NCBI RefSeq assembly: GCF_009914755.1
Contig: NC_060944.1
DNA: 64,000 nucleotides
Source: the human T2T-CHM13v2.0 reference genome, Homo sapiens
Direction: 5' to 3' (one strand)
The first letter of the stretch is position 1; every line of letters starts with the position of its first letter. The notes beneath the pieces were generated by a model, which was given only the letters and a program-made list of their open reading frames with translations, made no database searches and had not been told where the DNA came from. The position numbers and the translations under genes were made by a program. Positions 61,245 to 64,000 of the stretch are shown here, piece by piece.

Positions 61245-62049
61245 GTCTAACTAATTGTTCTTTGTATAACTGTGAAGGCTATTGGCTTCTGTATTTTAGC
61301 TTATGTATCGGCCACTTTATTGACTCAGTATTGCTTGCACTGGTTTTCACTTGATTCCTCCCTCCCCCACCAGGTACCTGATATCTGCAAGCAAGATGAT
61401 CTCCCTCATTTCTTTCCAAATCTATATACTTTTTATTTCTTTCTTTGGACTAATTGAATTGGCCAGTATCTCCAAGACAATGTTAAATGATAGAACTGCT
61501 TTAGAACATCTTTGTCTTGCTTTTAACTTTAATGAGAATGCTTCTTTTGTTTGTAATGCTGACTTTGAATATACTTCTGGAGTCTCTTGTGAATGTTTTA
61601 GGAGACTCAAACCCGATTGATGAGGCACACAAACACTTCAGTATGAATGTTCATTTCAAGCTGGCACCATTTAAGCCAGGTTCTAGGACTATGTCTGTAC
61701 TCCCCACCTCAACCCCACCCCACCACCACCTTCCAGACAAAAGGAAAACATTTTTGGAATGAAACTCAGTACTTTGCCTTAGTCACCTTCAGGTGTAGCC
61801 CTGGAAGCCAACAGGTATAACATTTAGAGCAGGGGCTTTGGGGTCTGATAGACATGGGTTCGAATCCCAGCTCTGCCACCTTTGAGGTATATGGCATTTG
61901 ATCCACTTCCTCCCATTTGAACTTCGGTTTCCCTGGAGAATTTGAGGGGATACGGAGCTCAGCATCTAGCACAGTGAGGCTGCTCTCATTTACCAGCATG
62001 GGGAGTGGGACGAGCAGGGCCTGGGGGATCTGCATTAATGATAAGTTTC

Positions 62050-62420
<371 letters not shown>

Positions 62421-62966
62421 TAACAAGTGACTGGAAAAGACAGACTCCACGCTGAGCACTGTGGTCATTTCTGAGAAGTGGGATAGAAGAAATACATACA
62501 TCCTAGGAGGCTATTTGTAAAGGGCAAGGATTACATCTGTAACTTGAAACATCTATAAATATTTAAAGAGAACCAATCGGGAAACAAAAGTAAATAAAAT
62601 GGGGGAAATGAAAGAATGCCAGGGTTGGCAGGAATCCTAGTATGTGCACCATCTGGTGTCTGAGTCCCTTTGACAATGTCTCTCCCTTCAGGGATGAGAT
62701 GCATTTTCCTTCTGAAAACAGCCCTTGCTGACCCGACCTAGAGCAGACCCTGGAGCTATGTCCTACTTTGCCTCCAGCCTCTCCCACCCTCTCCCCAATC
62801 CTAATTCTTTTTTTTTCCTTCTCCTCCTCTCCTCCTCTCCTCCTCTTTTTTTTTTTTCTTCTTGATTTAGTCCCATTAGTTTAGGTTTTTTTCACTCTTT
62901 TCAGACCACTTGTCTCAGAAAAGACTTGCCTAGTCTCTCAGCGTGTGTATCTTGATTGGTCTAAGC

Positions 62967-63518
62967 CAGGGGCTCTTAACATGCAGTCCACAGACTACCT
63001 CAACCAAGGAGTCTGTGGATGGAATGCATAGGATTCACAAACTTGGATGGGGGAGAAGGAAAAGAAGCTACACCTTTATTTTCACTAACATTTAACTGAA
63101 ATTTAGCATTTGCTTCTCTTATGAATGTAAGGAACAAATCATAGTTGCATTAGCAGTACTTGTGATTTTGTCACCAAAAGAAGTGAAATATTTTTTCATA
63201 TCACAAAACATTTGTTGCAGGTATCTCACAGTATTGTTTACACTCATTGCTGCTTCAAAATTATAGTTATTAGATCAGCTGCTAGATTTTATTTAACATG
63301 CTAATAAAGAAGCATATTTGTTCCTGTAACATACTTTTAAAAATATATTTTGAAAACTGTATTCAATATAATTAGTTTTCTTTGCAATTCTATCATTTTA
63401 TTTATTTATTTTTCATTTTATTTTATGTAGTTAAAACAGTATTATGAGAAGGCATCCATCCATAGGCTTCACCAGACTGCCAACGGGTCCACTAAACAGA
63501 AGAGGTTGATAAGCCTTG
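62967..63518. mobile_element. hAT-Charlie element (Charlie4-like), probably inserted in an old MLT1 LTR
   Basis: Perfect 8-bp TSD gtctaagc (62959-62966, 63519-63526); empty site would read attggtctaagccaat. Confidence 0.7.
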
Positions 63519-64000
63519 GTCTAAGCCAATCCTACAATTTCATTTTTCTTGCTTTTTTCATCTTTCTTTCATTTTTCTAAGGACTGGCTTACAAGTGTTA
63601 TATGACCTGAGGTGAAATTTGAGGGCACATGTGCTGGAAGGAAAAGGGAGTCCCTCTTGGAAAAGGTTTCTTGTGATCTGAGGGGACATCTGCTGAAGGG
63701 AAGGGGGAGTCCCTCGTGGAAAAAGTTTCTTAACTTTTAAAAGGAGACACAAGGAAGACATGCTTTCCTCCTCTGCTTCTTGGTGTCTGACCATGTTAGG
63801 CTGGGGGTTTCTTCCACTGATAGGCACCCATGAGGAGAGCTGCTGACCTACTGAAGACGGCAGAGATGATTGATGATAAAAGCCTGGGTCTTTGAGGACA
63901 CAGTTGAGTTGGTGGCTTAGCCAGACACAGAACTACTCTACCTTTGGACTCCTGTTGTCAATGGATACATCTCTTACAATGAAGTACAGTTTGGGTCAGT

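Overview
Primate (most likely human) genomic DNA, rich in Alu, MIR, L2, L1, MaLR and hAT repeats, with one protein-coding gene on the + strand: VSTM2L. The CDS assembles from four GT-AG exons (9426-9546, 37944-38113, 39848-39898, 50288-50560; 615 nt = 204 aa + stop). It encodes a signal peptide, one V-set Ig domain, a Pro-rich segment and a basic tail. There is a CpG-island promoter at ~8.7-9.8 kb and AATAAA at 51637. Nearly all other ORFs in the track are GC-rich or repeat-derived noise. Unexplained structure worth follow-up: (1) a same-orientation array of about 8 REST/NRSF RE1-like motifs at 7528-8015, ending in a perfect consensus RE1 split by a TCC expansion; (2) an ATG-TGA start-stop element just upstream of the main ATG; (3) several locally templated insertion scars, i.e. 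short direct or inverted copies of nearby DNA pasted into repeats; (4) about ten non-repetitive islands dense in homeodomain TAAT motifs (candidate enhancers); (5) long sense-strand UG tracts in intron 1 next to unused consensus splice donors. Repeat family names come from recalled consensus sequences, and repeat boundaries are approximate. No database search was run.
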